Origin: Sulfuricella sp.
Lineage (GTDB): Bacteria > Pseudomonadota > Gammaproteobacteria > Burkholderiales > Sulfuricellaceae
Reading direction: 5' to 3'
Assembly: GCA_031426955.1 (NCBI GenBank)
Contig: JASJPA010000001.1
Location: forward strand, 18,152 to 82,151
DNA length: 64,000 bases
The notes beneath the pieces are model-generated. The model was not told where the DNA came from. It made no database searches and was given only the letters and a program-made list of their open reading frames with translations. Positions 31,874 to 42,333 of this stretch are shown in pieces. Every line of letters begins with the position of its first letter. Position 1 is the first letter of the stretch. The translations under genes were made by a program, and so were the position numbers.

Positions 31874-33217
31874 ATGTTCGACAATCTCACCCATCGCCTT
31901 TCCGGCGTAATCAAAACCCTGCGCGGCCAGGCCCGCCTGAGCGAAGCCAACATTCGGGACGCCCTGCGCGAGGTGCGTATGGCCCTGCTCGAGGCGGACG
32001 TCGCCTTGCCGGTGGTGAAGGATTTCATTGCCCACGTCAGGGAGCGTGCACAGGGCCAGGAGGTGCTGGCCAGCCTGACGCCGGGCCAGGCCGTGATCGG
32101 TATCGTCCATCAGGAAATGGCCAGACTGATGGGCGGCCAGAACGCCGCGATCAACTTCGCCACGCAGCCGCCTGCGGTAATCCTGATGGCGGGCCTGCAG
32201 GGCGCGGGCAAGACCACTACTTCGGCCAAGCTGGCCAAATACCTGCGCGAGCAGATGAAGAAAAAAGTGCTGCTGGCGAGTTGCGACGTTTACCGCCCGG
32301 CGGCGATGGAGCAGTTGCGTGCCTTGGCGCAGCAGATCGATACGGATTACTTTGCCGCCGGGGCGGGTCAGAGCCCGGAGCAGATCGCGCTGGCGGCGCG
32401 GGATTACGCCGACAAGCATTTCCACGATGTGCTGATCATCGACACCGCGGGGCGTCTGGCGATAGACGAAGCCATGATGGCCGAGATCCAGCGCCTGCAC
32501 GAAGTGCTCAAGCCGATCGAAACCCTGTTCGTGGTCGATGCCATGCAGGGCCAGGATGCCGTCAATACCGCCAAGGCTTTCAGCGAGGCGTTGCCGCTGA
32601 CCGGCGTGGTGCTCACCAAGCTCGACGGCGACGCCCGCGGAGGCGCGGCGCTGTCGGTGCGCCAAGTCACCGGCAAGCCGATCAAGTTCGCCGGCGTGGG
32701 CGAGAAAGTTGGCGGTCTCGAAGCCTTCCATCCGGAGCGCATGGCATCGCGCATCCTCGGCATGGGCGACGTGCTGTCCCTGATCGAAGAAGCCCAGCGC
32801 GGCGTCGACCAGGAAGAAGCGGTCAAGCTGGCAAAGAAGCTCAAGTCCGGCAAGAGTTTCGATCTCGAAGATTTCAAGGCGCAGCTGCAACAAATGAAAA
32901 AAATGGGTGGTGTCGCCGCCCTGATGGACAAGTTGCCGGCACAGATGGGACAGGCGGCGGCTGGTATGGCGGACGACAAATCGATCAATCGTATCGAGGG
33001 CATCATCAACTCGATGACGCCGGGAGAGCGCCGCAATCCGGCGCTCCTCAAGGCATCGCGCAAGCGCCGCATCGCCGCCGGCGCCGGGGTGCAGGTGCAG
33101 GAGGTGAACCGGTTGCTGAGCCAGTTCGAGCAAACCCAGAAAATGATGAAGATGGTCGCCAAGGGCGGGATGGCGAAGATGATGAGGGGCATGAAGGGCA
33201 TGTTGCCCGGCATGTGA
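31874..33217 (+). CDS. ffh: Signal recognition particle protein
   Basis: GLQGAGKTTT, DTAGR, TKLDGDARGG, Met-rich C-terminus. Confidence 0.98.
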   Translation: MFDNLTHRLSGVIKTLRGQARLSEANIRDALREVRMALLEADVALPVVKDFIAHVRERAQGQEVLASLTPGQAVIGIVHQEMARLMGGQNAAINFATQPPAVILMAGLQGAGKTTTSAKLAKYLREQMKKKVLLASCDVYRPAAMEQLRALAQQIDTDYFAAGAGQSPEQIALAARDYADKHFHDVLIIDTAGRLAIDEAMMAEIQRLHEVLKPIETLFVVDAMQGQDAVNTAKAFSEALPLTGVVLTKLDGDARGGAALSVRQVTGKPIKFAGVGEKVGGLEAFHPERMASRILGMGDVLSLIEEAQRGVDQEEAVKLAKKLKSGKSFDLEDFKAQLQQMKKMGGVAALMDKLPAQMGQAAAGMADDKSINRIEGIINSMTPGERRNPALLKASRKRRIAAGAGVQVQEVNRLLSQFEQTQKMMKMVAKGGMAKMMRGMKGMLPGM

Positions 33218-33230
33218 TAGATAATCTTTC

Positions 33231-33260
33231 TTGCGTTTATTCCAAAACTTAGCGTAAAAT
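33231..33260 (+). promoter_or_regulatory. Sigma70-like promoter for rpsP-rimM-trmD-rplS
   Basis: TTGCGT-N18-TAAAAT upstream of rpsP. Confidence 0.55.
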
Positions 33261-33303
33261 GGCCGGCTTTTTAGACCGAATTTTTTAAGGGTGACATTTA
33301 ATT

Positions 33304-33546
33304 ATGGTTGTGATTCGACTTGCCCGTGGCGGCGCCAAGAAGCGCCCGTTTTTCAACGTAGTCGTGGCCGATTCCCGCAATCGCCGTGACGGCCGGTTCA
33401 TTGAGCGCGTGGGTTTCTACAACCCGGTTGCGCGTGAAGGTCAGGAGGCTGTGCGCCTCGACAGCGAGCGCATCAGCTACTGGCAGGGACACGGCGCGTT
33501 GCTGTCCGACGCGGTGGCCAAGCTCGTCAAGCGTACCGCTGCCTAA
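33304..33546 (+). CDS. rpsP: 30S ribosomal protein S16
   Basis: [16 protein letters not shown]...[14 protein letters not shown]. Confidence 0.98.
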   Translation: MVVIRLARGGAKKRPFFNVVVADSRNRRDGRFIERVGFYNPVAREGQEAVRLDSERISYWQGHGALLSDAVAKLVKRTAA

Positions 33547-33557
33547 TTTAGTCAGGC

Positions 33558-34064
33558 GTGCCGCCGGCTGGCAAATGGGTGGTCATGGGGCGCATCGCCG
33601 CCCCCTTCGGCATCCTCGGCTGGGTCAAGGTGCAGCCGTTCACCGAAGAAATCGGTGGGCTGCTGGCTTTTCCTGTCTGGAATCTTGGACGAGGCGAGCA
33701 GTGGCGCGAAGTCAAGGTGCTGGAGACGGAGGCTCACCACAAGACTCTGGTTGCCAGGTTGGACGGGTGCAATGACCGCGATGCCGCTGCAGCGTTGAAG
33801 GGCCTTGAAATCGCAGTGCCGCGCGCGGCGCTGCCGGAAGCGGCGGAAAATGAATATTACTGGTCCGATCTGATCGGGCTGGAAGTGGTGAATGTCCAGG
33901 GTGAAGTGCTGGGCAAGGTGACGGAACTTCTGGAAACCGGCGCGAACGACGTGCTGGTGGTAGAGGGGGAGCGCGAAAGGCTGCTCCCGTTTACCGCGCA
34001 GGTCATCCTCAAAGTCGACCTGGCGGCGGGACGGATCAACGTGGACTGGGGCGCGGATTATTGA
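33558..34064 (+). CDS. rimM: 16S rRNA processing protein
   Basis: [32 protein letters not shown]. Confidence 0.96.
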   Translation: MPPAGKWVVMGRIAAPFGILGWVKVQPFTEEIGGLLAFPVWNLGRGEQWREVKVLETEAHHKTLVARLDGCNDRDAAAALKGLEIAVPRAALPEAAENEYYWSDLIGLEVVNVQGEVLGKVTELLETGANDVLVVEGERERLLPFTAQVILKVDLAAGRINVDWGADY

Positions 34065-34831
34065 ATTTCGACGTCATCACCTTGTTCCCGCCGATGTTCG
34101 ACGCGCTTGCCAAACACGGCATCACCCGGCGCGCGCTGGAGCAGGAGCGCTTCCAGTTGCAGTTGTGGAATCCGCGCGATTTTACCGAGGACAACTATCG
34201 TACGGTAGATGATCGCCCCTACGGAGGCGGGCCAGGCATGGTGATGCTGGCCGAGCCGCTGGAAAAGGCGATCCTGGCCGCGAAAGAGCGGCAGAAACAG
34301 GCCGGTGTGGCGAACCCGAGGGTGATTCATCTTTCGCCCCAAGGCAAGGTGTTGACCCACCAGCGGGTGATGGAGCTGACCCGGGAGCCCGGTTTGGTGC
34401 TGCTGGCGAGCCGTTACGAAGGCGTAGACGAGCGTTTGCTACGCCATCAGGTGGATGAGGAAATCTCGATCGGCGACTACGTGCTGTCCGGCGGGGAACT
34501 GGCGGCGATGGTGCTGATCGACGCCATCGTCAGGCAGTTGCCGGGCGTACTCGGCGATGCCGAATCGGCAGTGCAGGATTCATTCGTGGACGGGCTGCTG
34601 GATTGCCCCCACTATACCCGCCCCGAGGTTTATCAGGGCGAGGCGGTGCCGGAAGTGCTGATGTCCGGGCACCACGCGGAAATTCAACGCTGGCGGTTAA
34701 AGCAGGCGTTGGGCAGGACCTGGTTGAGGCGGCCGGATTTATTGGCCGCCCGTCAGTTGACAAAACAGGAATCCGGGCTGCTGGCTGAATTTAAAGCAGA
34801 AAACCAGCAGGAACAGGAATCCGATAAATAA
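34061..34831 (+). CDS. trmD: tRNA m1G37 methyltransferase (TTG start)
   Basis: [30 protein letters not shown]. Confidence 0.98.
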   Translation: MNFDVITLFPPMFDALAKHGITRRALEQERFQLQLWNPRDFTEDNYRTVDDRPYGGGPGMVMLAEPLEKAILAAKERQKQAGVANPRVIHLSPQGKVLTHQRVMELTREPGLVLLASRYEGVDERLLRHQVDEEISIGDYVLSGGELAAMVLIDAIVRQLPGVLGDAESAVQDSFVDGLLDCPHYTRPEVYQGEAVPEVLMSGHHAEIQRWRLKQALGRTWLRRPDLLAARQLTKQESGLLAEFKAENQQEQESDK

Positions 34832-34850
34832 CCAAGCTAAGGAGTTTTAA

Positions 34851-35234
34851 ATGGATATCATCAAGCAGCTGGAACAGGAAGAAATCGCCCGCCTGGGCAA
34901 GACCATCCCCGATTTCGCCCCGGGCGACACGGTGATCGTCGGCGTCAATGTCGTGGAAGGTACCCGCAAGCGGGTGCAGGTTTTTGAAGGTGTGGTGATT
35001 GCCAAGCGCAACAGGGGCCTCAACTCCGCCTTCATCGTCCGCAAAATTTCCAACGGCGAAGGCGTGGAACGTACCTTCCAGACCCATTCCCCGCTGATCG
35101 CCAGCGTCGAGGTGAAGCGTCGCGGCGACGTGCGCCGCGCCAAGCTGTATTACCTGCGTGACCGCTCCGGCAAGTCCGCACGTATCAAGGAAAAGCTGGT
35201 CGCCCGTGCCCAGCCGGCGAAGTCGGCACAGTAA
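34851..35234 (+). CDS. rplS: 50S ribosomal protein L19
   Basis: [25 protein letters not shown]. Confidence 0.98.
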   Translation: MDIIKQLEQEEIARLGKTIPDFAPGDTVIVGVNVVEGTRKRVQVFEGVVIAKRNRGLNSAFIVRKISNGEGVERTFQTHSPLIASVEVKRRGDVRRAKLYYLRDRSGKSARIKEKLVARAQPAKSAQ

Positions 35235-35251
35235 GCTTACACGCCGCAGTC

Positions 35252-35293
35252 CAAAGGCCACCAAGGCATTGCCTTGGTGGCCTTTGTCGTTTT
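35252..35293 (+). terminator. Intrinsic terminator after rplS
   Basis: caaaggccaccaaggca/tgccttggtggcctttg inverted repeat followed by a T-rich tract. Confidence 0.8.
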
Positions 35294-35386
35294 GATCGGC
35301 TAAAATGTTGCCATGCGTTATCCGGTTGTGATGTTCCCTAGCTTCTTCCCGTTAGTCAGCGCCGCCTGTGGCGCGGTTGTGGGGTA

Positions 35387-35857
35387 ATGGCTTACCAGGC
35401 GAGACTCACTGCGCCATTTGCGGTGCTCGGCATCAAGACCGATGGCACGGCGCTGACCGGACTTGATTTTCTGCCGCTTGGAACCCCGGATCTGGAGCCG
35501 CAGGATACCATTTCCAGACAGGCTTGCACCCAGTTGCAGGCCTACCTCGCCGATCCCCTTTTCAGCTTTGACCTGCCTCTGGCGTTGCACGGCACCGCGT
35601 TCCAATCCAAGGTGTGGCAGGCGCTACGGCAGATTCCGAGCGGCTCGACGCAAAGCTACGGCGAGCTGGCCAAGCGGCTCCACTCCGCGCCGCGCGCGGT
35701 GGGGCAGGCCTGCGGCGCCAATCCCATTCCCGTGATCATCCCCTGCCACCGCGTGCTGGCGCGAGACGGTCTGGGCGGGTTCATGAACAGCGCAGGCGGC
35801 GATCCGCTGGCGATCAAACGTTGGCTGTTAGAGCATGAGCGCAGACAGCCTGCTTGA
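35387..35857 (+). CDS. ogt: Methylated-DNA-protein-cysteine methyltransferase
   Basis: PCHRV active site; GTAFQ and RAVGQAC motifs. Confidence 0.93.
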   Translation: MAYQARLTAPFAVLGIKTDGTALTGLDFLPLGTPDLEPQDTISRQACTQLQAYLADPLFSFDLPLALHGTAFQSKVWQALRQIPSGSTQSYGELAKRLHSAPRAVGQACGANPIPVIIPCHRVLARDGLGGFMNSAGGDPLAIKRWLLEHERRQPA

Positions 35858-36731
35858 CGAATTCTGCGACGCGCTGTGGCTTGAGGAAGGCCTGGCTCGC
35901 AATACCCTGGAGAGCTACCGGCGCGATTTGCAGCAGTTCGCCGTTTGGCTCCATGGGACATGCGGCAAGAGCTTGCATGAGGCGGGTCATGCCGAGCTGG
36001 AAGGTTTTTTGTCGCATCAGTACAACGTGACGAAAACCCGTGCCAGCACCGCCAGTCGTGAGCTTTCCAGCTTCCGGCGGTTTTACCGCTACCTGTTGCG
36101 CCAGGGCCGGATAAGTGCCGACCCGACGCTCAACATCGCCTCGCCGAAACAGGTCAGGGCGTTGCCAAAAAGCCTGACCGAAGCCGACGTGGAAGCCTTG
36201 TTGAGCGCGCCCGATATTGGCGACGCGCTGGGATTGCGCGACAAGGCGATGCTGGAAACGCTTTATGCCACCGGCCTGCGGGTTTCCGAACTGGTGACGC
36301 TGAAGGTGGCGGAAGCGAGCCTGGATATGGGCGTGGTGCGCGTCATGGGCAAAGGCGGCAAGGAAAGACTGGTACCCCTGGGCGAAGAGGCTGTCGGCTG
36401 GCTAAAGCGTTATCTGGCCGAAGCGCGCCCGCATCTGCTCAATGGCAAAACCAGCGATGCCCTGTTTGTCACTGCCCGGCATGGGGCGATGACGCGCCAG
36501 GCCTTCTGGTATCTGATCAAGCGCCGCGCCGTCCAGGGTGGGGTCGGGAAGCCGTTATCGCCGCATACCCTGCGCCACGCCTTCGCCACTCATCTGCTCA
36601 ACCACGGCGCCGATTTGCGCGTGGTGCAGATGCTGCTGGGGCATGCAGACATTGCCACCACCCAGATCTACACCCACGTGGCGCGGGAGCGCCTGAAGCA
36701 GCTGCACGCCATGCATCATCCGCGGGGGTGA
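35835..36731 (+). CDS. xerD: Chromosome dimer resolution tyrosine recombinase
   Basis: YATGLRVSEL, SPHTLRHAFATHLLNHGADLR, LGHADIATTQIY. Confidence 0.95.
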   Translation: MSADSLLDEFCDALWLEEGLARNTLESYRRDLQQFAVWLHGTCGKSLHEAGHAELEGFLSHQYNVTKTRASTASRELSSFRRFYRYLLRQGRISADPTLNIASPKQVRALPKSLTEADVEALLSAPDIGDALGLRDKAMLETLYATGLRVSELVTLKVAEASLDMGVVRVMGKGGKERLVPLGEEAVGWLKRYLAEARPHLLNGKTSDALFVTARHGAMTRQAFWYLIKRRAVQGGVGKPLSPHTLRHAFATHLLNHGADLRVVQMLLGHADIATTQIYTHVARERLKQLHAMHHPRG

Positions 36732-36749
36732 GGCTGTTCCAAGGCACGG

Positions 36750-37229
36750 TCAGCGGTTTGCCGGTGGGGGAAAGTGCAAGGAAACCGGCTGCGAGCGGAT
36801 TTCGGGCCGAACCTTCAGGACGGCGACTGCCTGGTAGCTGCCGGGCTCGAGCGGTTCTCCCGCAAGGTTACGGAGAGCGCCTTGCGACGTCTCCCAGTCG
36901 ACCCGGTAAGCCATGACGCCCTCCGGGGGAAGAGAAAGCGGCGTCAGTACCGCCGCAAACCGCATCCCCTTTGACCAGCGCCACACCATCTGCCCTTCTT
37001 CTCGCAGCACCAGCACGTCATAGACTTGCGCGGTGGGCAGCAGGCAGTTGAGCGGGCCTCTTCCGGGGTTTCTCACCGTCACGGAAAATGCCACCGCCCG
37101 ATCCATTCGCGGTTCCCCTTGCGGCGCCTTGAGAAAAACCTCCGCCGGACAGCTCTGGCCGGCAAAGGCTCCTGCACTCATTGTCAGAAAGGTCAGAACA
37201 GGGGCGATCCGGCAAATCAAGGCTGCCAT
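36750..37229 (-). CDS. BsuPI-type proteinase-inhibitor-domain protein with a predicted signal peptide
   Basis: YDVLVLREEGQMVWRWSKGMRFAAVL...W...PGSY resembles BsuPI; N-terminus ends GAFA. Confidence 0.7.
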   Translation of the reverse strand: MAALICRIAPVLTFLTMSAGAFAGQSCPAEVFLKAPQGEPRMDRAVAFSVTVRNPGRGPLNCLLPTAQVYDVLVLREEGQMVWRWSKGMRFAAVLTPLSLPPEGVMAYRVDWETSQGALRNLAGEPLEPGSYQAVAVLKVRPEIRSQPVSLHFPPPANR

Positions 37230-37238
37230 CGCACGCTA

Positions 37239-38390
37239 TTAGTGGCAGTTGACTGCCTTCTCGGCGTCCACCAGCCCCGCCCCCTGCTGATTGGCGCTCA
37301 GCCCGAGGGGTTCGGCGGTGTCCTGGAGGCATTTTTTGACCTGGTCAGGCTTTAGGTTGGGGTTTTTCTCCAACACCAGCGCAGCCACGCCGGAAACATG
37401 CGGCGCCGCCATGGAAGTGCCGCTCAAGGTCTTGTAGCCGGCCTTCTTGTAAGTGGAGGGGATAGCCACCCCGGGGGCGGTCAGGTCCACCGCGTCCCCT
37501 TGGCTGGAAAAGGAGGCGAATCCGTTGCTGCTGTTGATCGCCGTGACGGCGATCACTTTAGCGTAAGCGGCCGGATAATCCACTGCGCCGCCGTAATTGT
37601 TGCCGGCCGCCGCCACCAGGGTGATTCCAGCTGCATCGGCCGAGTCCAGCGCCTCTTTTTCCCCGCTGCATAGCTCCGAACCGCCGTAGCTCATGTTGGC
37701 CACTTTTATGCCTTTTTGGATGCTCCAGTCGAGCCCTTCGATGATGTCTGAGCAGTAGCCCCAGCCGGAAGCGCTGAGCACCTGGACGGCGCAGAGCATG
37801 GCCTTGGGCGCCACGCCCACCACCCCGATGCCGTTGTGAACCGCGGCGATCGTCCCGGCAACGTGGCTGCCATGGCCGTTCAGGTCCTCGGGGGCTTTGC
37901 TTGGGTCTATGGTGTTGTAGCTGCAGTTGGTGTTGATGTTGTCCTTGAGGTCGGGATGGGACAGGGAGATGCCGGTGTCGAGCACGGCCACCTTGACGCC
38001 GCTTCCCGTCGAGGTGCCCCATGCCTTCTCGGCATCGATGCGGTCCACCCCCCAGGGTATGGTTTGACCTGGAGCGGGCTTGGCTGTCGCCTTGCGGATC
38101 ACGTCTTTTTCCACCCGCTTTACCAGGATGCTGGTGCGCAGGGTTGCAACCATGGACTCGGGACCCCGCACCGCACGGCCGTTGATCAGATGAAGCCGCT
38201 TGACGGTCTGCCCGCCGGTGTAGCTGATCAGCGCATCAATTTCGTTTTCGGACGGAGCCCCTTCGAACTGAACGATCCAACGGTCATTTTCCGGTTCAGA
38301 CGGCGCGCCATTGGGCTCCTGAGCAAATGCCCCGCCAGTCATGGAGGCCACCACTAACATCAATAAGCCTATCGAACGTAACTGTTTCAT
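37239..38390 (-). CDS. Exported S8A subtilisin-like serine protease (signal peptide, I9-like propeptide)
   Basis: Catalytic motifs VAVLDTG, HGSHVAGTI and GTSMAAPHVSG; oxyanion AAAGN. Confidence 0.95.
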   Translation of the reverse strand: MKQLRSIGLLMLVVASMTGGAFAQEPNGAPSEPENDRWIVQFEGAPSENEIDALISYTGGQTVKRLHLINGRAVRGPESMVATLRTSILVKRVEKDVIRKATAKPAPGQTIPWGVDRIDAEKAWGTSTGSGVKVAVLDTGISLSHPDLKDNINTNCSYNTIDPSKAPEDLNGHGSHVAGTIAAVHNGIGVVGVAPKAMLCAVQVLSASGWGYCSDIIEGLDWSIQKGIKVANMSYGGSELCSGEKEALDSADAAGITLVAAAGNNYGGAVDYPAAYAKVIAVTAINSSNGFASFSSQGDAVDLTAPGVAIPSTYKKAGYKTLSGTSMAAPHVSGVAALVLEKNPNLKPDQVKKCLQDTAEPLGLSANQQGAGLVDAEKAVNCH

Positions 38391-38617
38391 GATTCCTAAC
38401 CTCGGCAAAGATGCGTTAATGAAGGATGAAAGCCCTTAAAGGGAGGCTCGTAAACTGTATCGACCCCGCGCGAATGGGGATCCGGCAAGGTTTTTTTAGG
38501 GACGGCCGCTTTCTGAGAACGGCGCGAAGAAACAAGAAACCATTTGGTTTAAAGATAGCAAATGAAACTCAGCTTGTCACGGCGCGGAAGTGGCGGCTGG
38601 CGCTTGAAGACCGCTTC

Positions 38618-39352
38618 TCACATCCAGGCTTTCCAGAGAAGCGAGGCGCCGCTGCCGATGAGCAGCACGCCGATGAGTTTGAGCATTTGCCGGCTGGAGA
38701 TGCCGAGGTGGGCGCGGTGGCCGAGATACAGGCCGAGCGCCATGACCGGCAGGGCGGCAAGCAGGGCGGTGAACATCCCGTTCTGCAGGAGCAGGCCAGT
38801 GGCGAGGAAAGAAACGAGCCGCAGCCCGCCATCGAAGATGAACAGGCCGGAGAAGGTGGCGCGCAGTTCGGCCTTGTCCTTCAGGCGGTGGGACAGGTAG
38901 ATGATGTAGGGCGGACCGCCGGTGCCGAACAGGGCGCCCACGGTGCCGCCCGTTAGCCCGGCGGGAATGGCCCAGAGACGCGAGATCGGTTTTTCGCCGT
39001 GGATATTGAGCAGGTTGCGCACGCCGAAAATCAGGACGAAAATCCCCAGCCCGACCAGCAACGGCTCGCGCGGCATCCGGATGAGCAGGGCCACGCCCAG
39101 CATCACGCCTGCCGCGCCGAAGGGCAGCAGGGGTTTCAGCTCATTCCAGTCGATGTGCTGGCGGGTTTTGCCGCCGAGCGCAATGGACGCCGTAAAATCC
39201 AGCATCAGCACGAACGGCACGACGAATTGCAGGGGCAGGAAGTGAGCCAGGAGCGGTACCGCAATCAGTCCGGAGCCGAAACCCGTGATGCCACGGATGA
39301 AGTAGGCGAGAAGGAGGATTAGCAGTGCGGCCGCTAAGGCTTCCAGGCTGAT
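38618..39352 (-). CDS. TauE/SafE-family sulfite exporter; the expected start codon reads ATC
   Basis: RGITGFGSGLIAVPLL and GALFGTGGPP repeats; no ATG/GTG/TTG in frame before the first motif. Confidence 0.85.
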   Translation of the reverse strand: MSLEALAAALLILLLAYFIRGITGFGSGLIAVPLLAHFLPLQFVVPFVLMLDFTASIALGGKTRQHIDWNELKPLLPFGAAGVMLGVALLIRMPREPLLVGLGIFVLIFGVRNLLNIHGEKPISRLWAIPAGLTGGTVGALFGTGGPPYIIYLSHRLKDKAELRATFSGLFIFDGGLRLVSFLATGLLLQNGMFTALLAALPVMALGLYLGHRAHLGISSRQMLKLIGVLLIGSGASLLWKAWM

Positions 39353-39705
39353 GGCCGTTCCCCGCGTTCAATCACGATTCCCAGCCGCTTGACGCCGCGC
39401 AGCATACCCAGTTTGGAGACAGAGACTTTAACCCAGGGCGCGCCGAACTCGGTGCGGATCAGGGCGGCAATGTGCTCCGCCAGGGCTTCCACCAGGGAAA
39501 AGTGCTGTTCGGCCGCAGTTTGACGAATGCGCGCCATCACTGCACCATAGTCGATGGTGTCCGTTATGCTGTCGGTTTCGCCGGCACGGCTGTGCGGCAG
39601 GCCGATGTCGATGTCGATGCGGATGGTCTGGGGGACTTTGCGCTCCCACTCATAGATGCCGATGACGATGTCGAGCTTGATTTCTTCCAGGAAAACGATG
39701 TCCAT
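39334..39705 (-). CDS. folB: Dihydroneopterin aldolase
   Basis: MDIVFLE..L...IGIYEWER, IDYG, LVEALAE, V.V.K motifs. Confidence 0.95.
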   Translation of the reverse strand: MDIVFLEEIKLDIVIGIYEWERKVPQTIRIDIDIGLPHSRAGETDSITDTIDYGAVMARIRQTAAEQHFSLVEALAEHIAALIRTEFGAPWVKVSVSKLGMLRGVKRLGIVIERGERPSAWKP

Positions 39706-39766
39706 CGGGTGTTCGGGCGGGCAATTTGCCGTAAAATCTAAAAGTGGCCATTTTAAGTGATTTGAT

Positions 39767-40390
39767 ATGAATACGGTAATTTTCATCCTCGCGGCTTACC
39801 TGATCGGTTCGGTTTCCTTTGCCGTCCTCACCAGCAAGGTGTTCGGCCTGCCCGACCCGCGCACCTTCGGCTCGAAAAATCCGGGCGCGACCAATGTCTT
39901 GCGCACCGGCAAAAAGCTGGCCGCCGCGGTGACCTTGCTGGGCGATGGCGCCAAGGGCTGGCTGGCGGTTTTTCTTGCATTGCGCCTGGCGCCCGTCTAC
40001 GGCCTGGACGAGACTGCCGTCGCCGCATCGGCAATCGCGGTGTTCCTCGGCCATGTCTACCCGGTTTTTTTCGGCTTTCACGGCGGCAAGGGCGTAGCCA
40101 CGGTGCTGGGCATCCTGCTGGCGCTTAATCCCTGGCTGGGTCTCGCGGCCTTGGCAACCTGGCTGCTGGCGGCCTACATGTTTCGAATCTCTTCCTTGTC
40201 CGCCTTGATCGCGGCGCTGTTCACACCGTTTTACGGCTGGTTGTGGTTGAAGTCCGGTGTGCTGGTTGCGGCGGTGGCGGCGCTGTCGCTGCTCCTGATG
40301 TGGCGGCACAAGAGCAATATCCAGAACCTGCTATCCGGCAAGGAACGTGCGATCGGCAAGACCCCGCCCGGTGATGCACCGCCGCAGTAA
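39767..40390 (+). CDS. plsY: Glycerol-3-phosphate acyltransferase
   Basis: AYLIGS, GSKNPGATNV, GGKGVAT, RHKSNI. Confidence 0.96.
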   Translation: MNTVIFILAAYLIGSVSFAVLTSKVFGLPDPRTFGSKNPGATNVLRTGKKLAAAVTLLGDGAKGWLAVFLALRLAPVYGLDETAVAASAIAVFLGHVYPVFFGFHGGKGVATVLGILLALNPWLGLAALATWLLAAYMFRISSLSALIAALFTPFYGWLWLKSGVLVAAVAALSLLLMWRHKSNIQNLLSGKERAIGKTPPGDAPPQ

Positions 40391-40413
40391 GCGCTATATT
40401 TAACACGGGAGGT

Positions 40414-41214
40414 GTGGCTGTGGCTTGGTTCGAAAAGGAAATGGATTACGCACGGGAAAGCCTGGAACAGGTTTCCCGCACGGCCATCGAGGAGGCCGCG
40501 GAGAAGTTGAATGGCGTTGTCCAGGGCGGGGTGAAGGAGGCCAGCGGCGAACTGCGTGAGGCGGTATTGAGCGCGAGCCGGGAAGTGGATAACAAGCTGG
40601 ACAAGATTTCCGCCGAATTGCACAGCCAGCGCCAGTTCACCAAGGACGACGTGATCGAGCTGGTGGATTACGCCGCGGAGAAGCTCGGGGCCACGATCGA
40701 TGCCCGTGTGGCCGTGATGAAGGCGGAAATCACCGGCCTGGTGCAGGACCGGGTCGAGTATCTGAAGCGCGAGGTGGACAGCTTCTTCATCCAGCGCCAG
40801 CAGGATCTGGCTCGCGAACGGCGGCGCCTGATTGCCAACATCCTGATCGCGGTAGTCGCTTCTGTGGTCATGGGGGGGCTTTCGCTGATGTATCACCGCG
40901 CCCTGCTCGGCGGCATGGACATGTACAGCCTGTTTCGCGTGGTGTTCCTGTCGCTTAGCGGCGGCTACGCCGTGTATCTGCTGGTCAAGCTGGTGCTGAA
41001 ATACCGCAGCATGTCGGAGCACAAGAAGGATATGGTGTTCCTCGCCATGAAATACTGGGGGGTGTTACGGCCTGAAAGCGTGCTCGGCCACGTGTTGTTG
41101 ATCCTGATCCTGATTGCATTCTATGCGGTGCTGTTTTTTCCGCTGGAGGTGACGCGGATGATCGGCAACGAAGCCCTGATCCGCTGGGTGAGCGGATTGC
41201 GCGGCATCAAATAG
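40414..41214 (+). CDS. Hypothetical membrane protein with a long helical N-terminal domain and three C-terminal TM segments
   Basis: 266-aa ORF with SD GGAGG and host-like codon usage; family not recognised. Confidence 0.75.
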   Translation: MAVAWFEKEMDYARESLEQVSRTAIEEAAEKLNGVVQGGVKEASGELREAVLSASREVDNKLDKISAELHSQRQFTKDDVIELVDYAAEKLGATIDARVAVMKAEITGLVQDRVEYLKREVDSFFIQRQQDLARERRRLIANILIAVVASVVMGGLSLMYHRALLGGMDMYSLFRVVFLSLSGGYAVYLLVKLVLKYRSMSEHKKDMVFLAMKYWGVLRPESVLGHVLLILILIAFYAVLFFPLEVTRMIGNEALIRWVSGLRGIK

Positions 41215-42211
41215 CAGACAGATCCCAGCGCGGCCGCACGTTGAACTTCCAGCCCTTGGCGGGAGAAAGCTTGATCCGCATCGCGCCGGCGAAGGCGATC
41301 ATGGCGCCGTTGTCGGTGCAGAATTCGAGTTTCGGATAAAACACCTCAAAGCCCCGGCGGGCGGCAAGCGCGGAGAGCTGTTCGCGCAGCTGCCGGTTGG
41401 CGCCCACCCCGCCGGCCACCACCAGCCGGTCCAGGCCGCTCTGGCTCAGTGCAGCCAGAGATTTGGCGGCGAGTACCTCGACGATGGCGTCCTGAAAGGC
41501 GCGGGCGATGTCGGCTACGGTCTGGTCGTCCAGGGTCTGCTGCCTGGCCAGGGTCAGCACTGCAGTCTTCAGGCCGCTGAAGCTGAAATTGAGGTCGCCG
41601 CTGTTGATCATTGGCCGCGGCAGCTTGAAACGCCCCGGCACGCCCCGCTCGGCCCGCATGGATAGCGCCGGTCCGCCCGGATAGCCCAGTCCGAGCAGCT
41701 TGGCGGTCTTGTCGAAGGCTTCGCCGGCGGCGTCGTCCAGGGTTTCCCCCAGGGTTTCATAGGCGCCGATGCCGGAAACCTTCATCAACTGACTGTGGCC
41801 GCCTGAAACCAGCAGGGCGACAAACGGAAAGGCCGGCGGATCGGGCTCGAGCAGCGGCGCGAGCAGGTGGCCTTCAAGATGGTGGATGCCGATGACCGGC
41901 ACCTTGAGCGCAAATCCGAGCGCGGCGGCAATGCTGGCGCCGACCAGCAGTGCCCCTGCCAGCCCCGGACCCTCGGTATAGGCGATGGCCTCGATATCGT
42001 TCAGGGTGCAACTCGCCTCTAGCAGGATTTGCCGGGTCAGTGGCAGTACGCGCCGGATGTGATCACGCGAAGCGAGTTCCGGCACCACCCCGCCATATTC
42101 GGCGTGCATCGCCACCTGCGAGTGCAGCGCATGGGCGAGCAAGCCTCGCTCCGTATGGTACAGGGCAACGCCGGTTTCATCGCAGGAGGTTTCGATTCCG
42201 AGGACGAGCAT
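41207..42211 (-). CDS. tsaD: t6A biosynthesis protein
   Basis: [34 protein letters not shown]. Confidence 0.98.
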   Translation of the reverse strand: MLVLGIETSCDETGVALYHTERGLLAHALHSQVAMHAEYGGVVPELASRDHIRRVLPLTRQILLEASCTLNDIEAIAYTEGPGLAGALLVGASIAAALGFALKVPVIGIHHLEGHLLAPLLEPDPPAFPFVALLVSGGHSQLMKVSGIGAYETLGETLDDAAGEAFDKTAKLLGLGYPGGPALSMRAERGVPGRFKLPRPMINSGDLNFSFSGLKTAVLTLARQQTLDDQTVADIARAFQDAIVEVLAAKSLAALSQSGLDRLVVAGGVGANRQLREQLSALAARRGFEVFYPKLEFCTDNGAMIAFAGAMRIKLSPAKGWKFNVRPRWDLSAI

Positions 42212-42333
42212 AAGGCCGCCATCATAGCGGTTTTGCGGGCAGCGGTAAATTTGGCTATGAAAAAGACAATTTAGCCGATATAATTATCGATTTACTCCAA
42301 AACTCATTAACTAATTTAGAAGGTGATTTGCTC

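Noticed and set aside
35835-36731. Tyrosine recombinase as the integrase for the neighbouring protease pair
   Set aside because: Sequence motifs and ogt linkage match housekeeping XerD; no att-like repeats found around 36732-38617
38537-38550. AAACCA-tt-TGGTTT palindrome upstream of the subtilisin gene
   Set aside because: Only 6-bp arms in AT-rich DNA; could be chance, with no supporting promoter geometry
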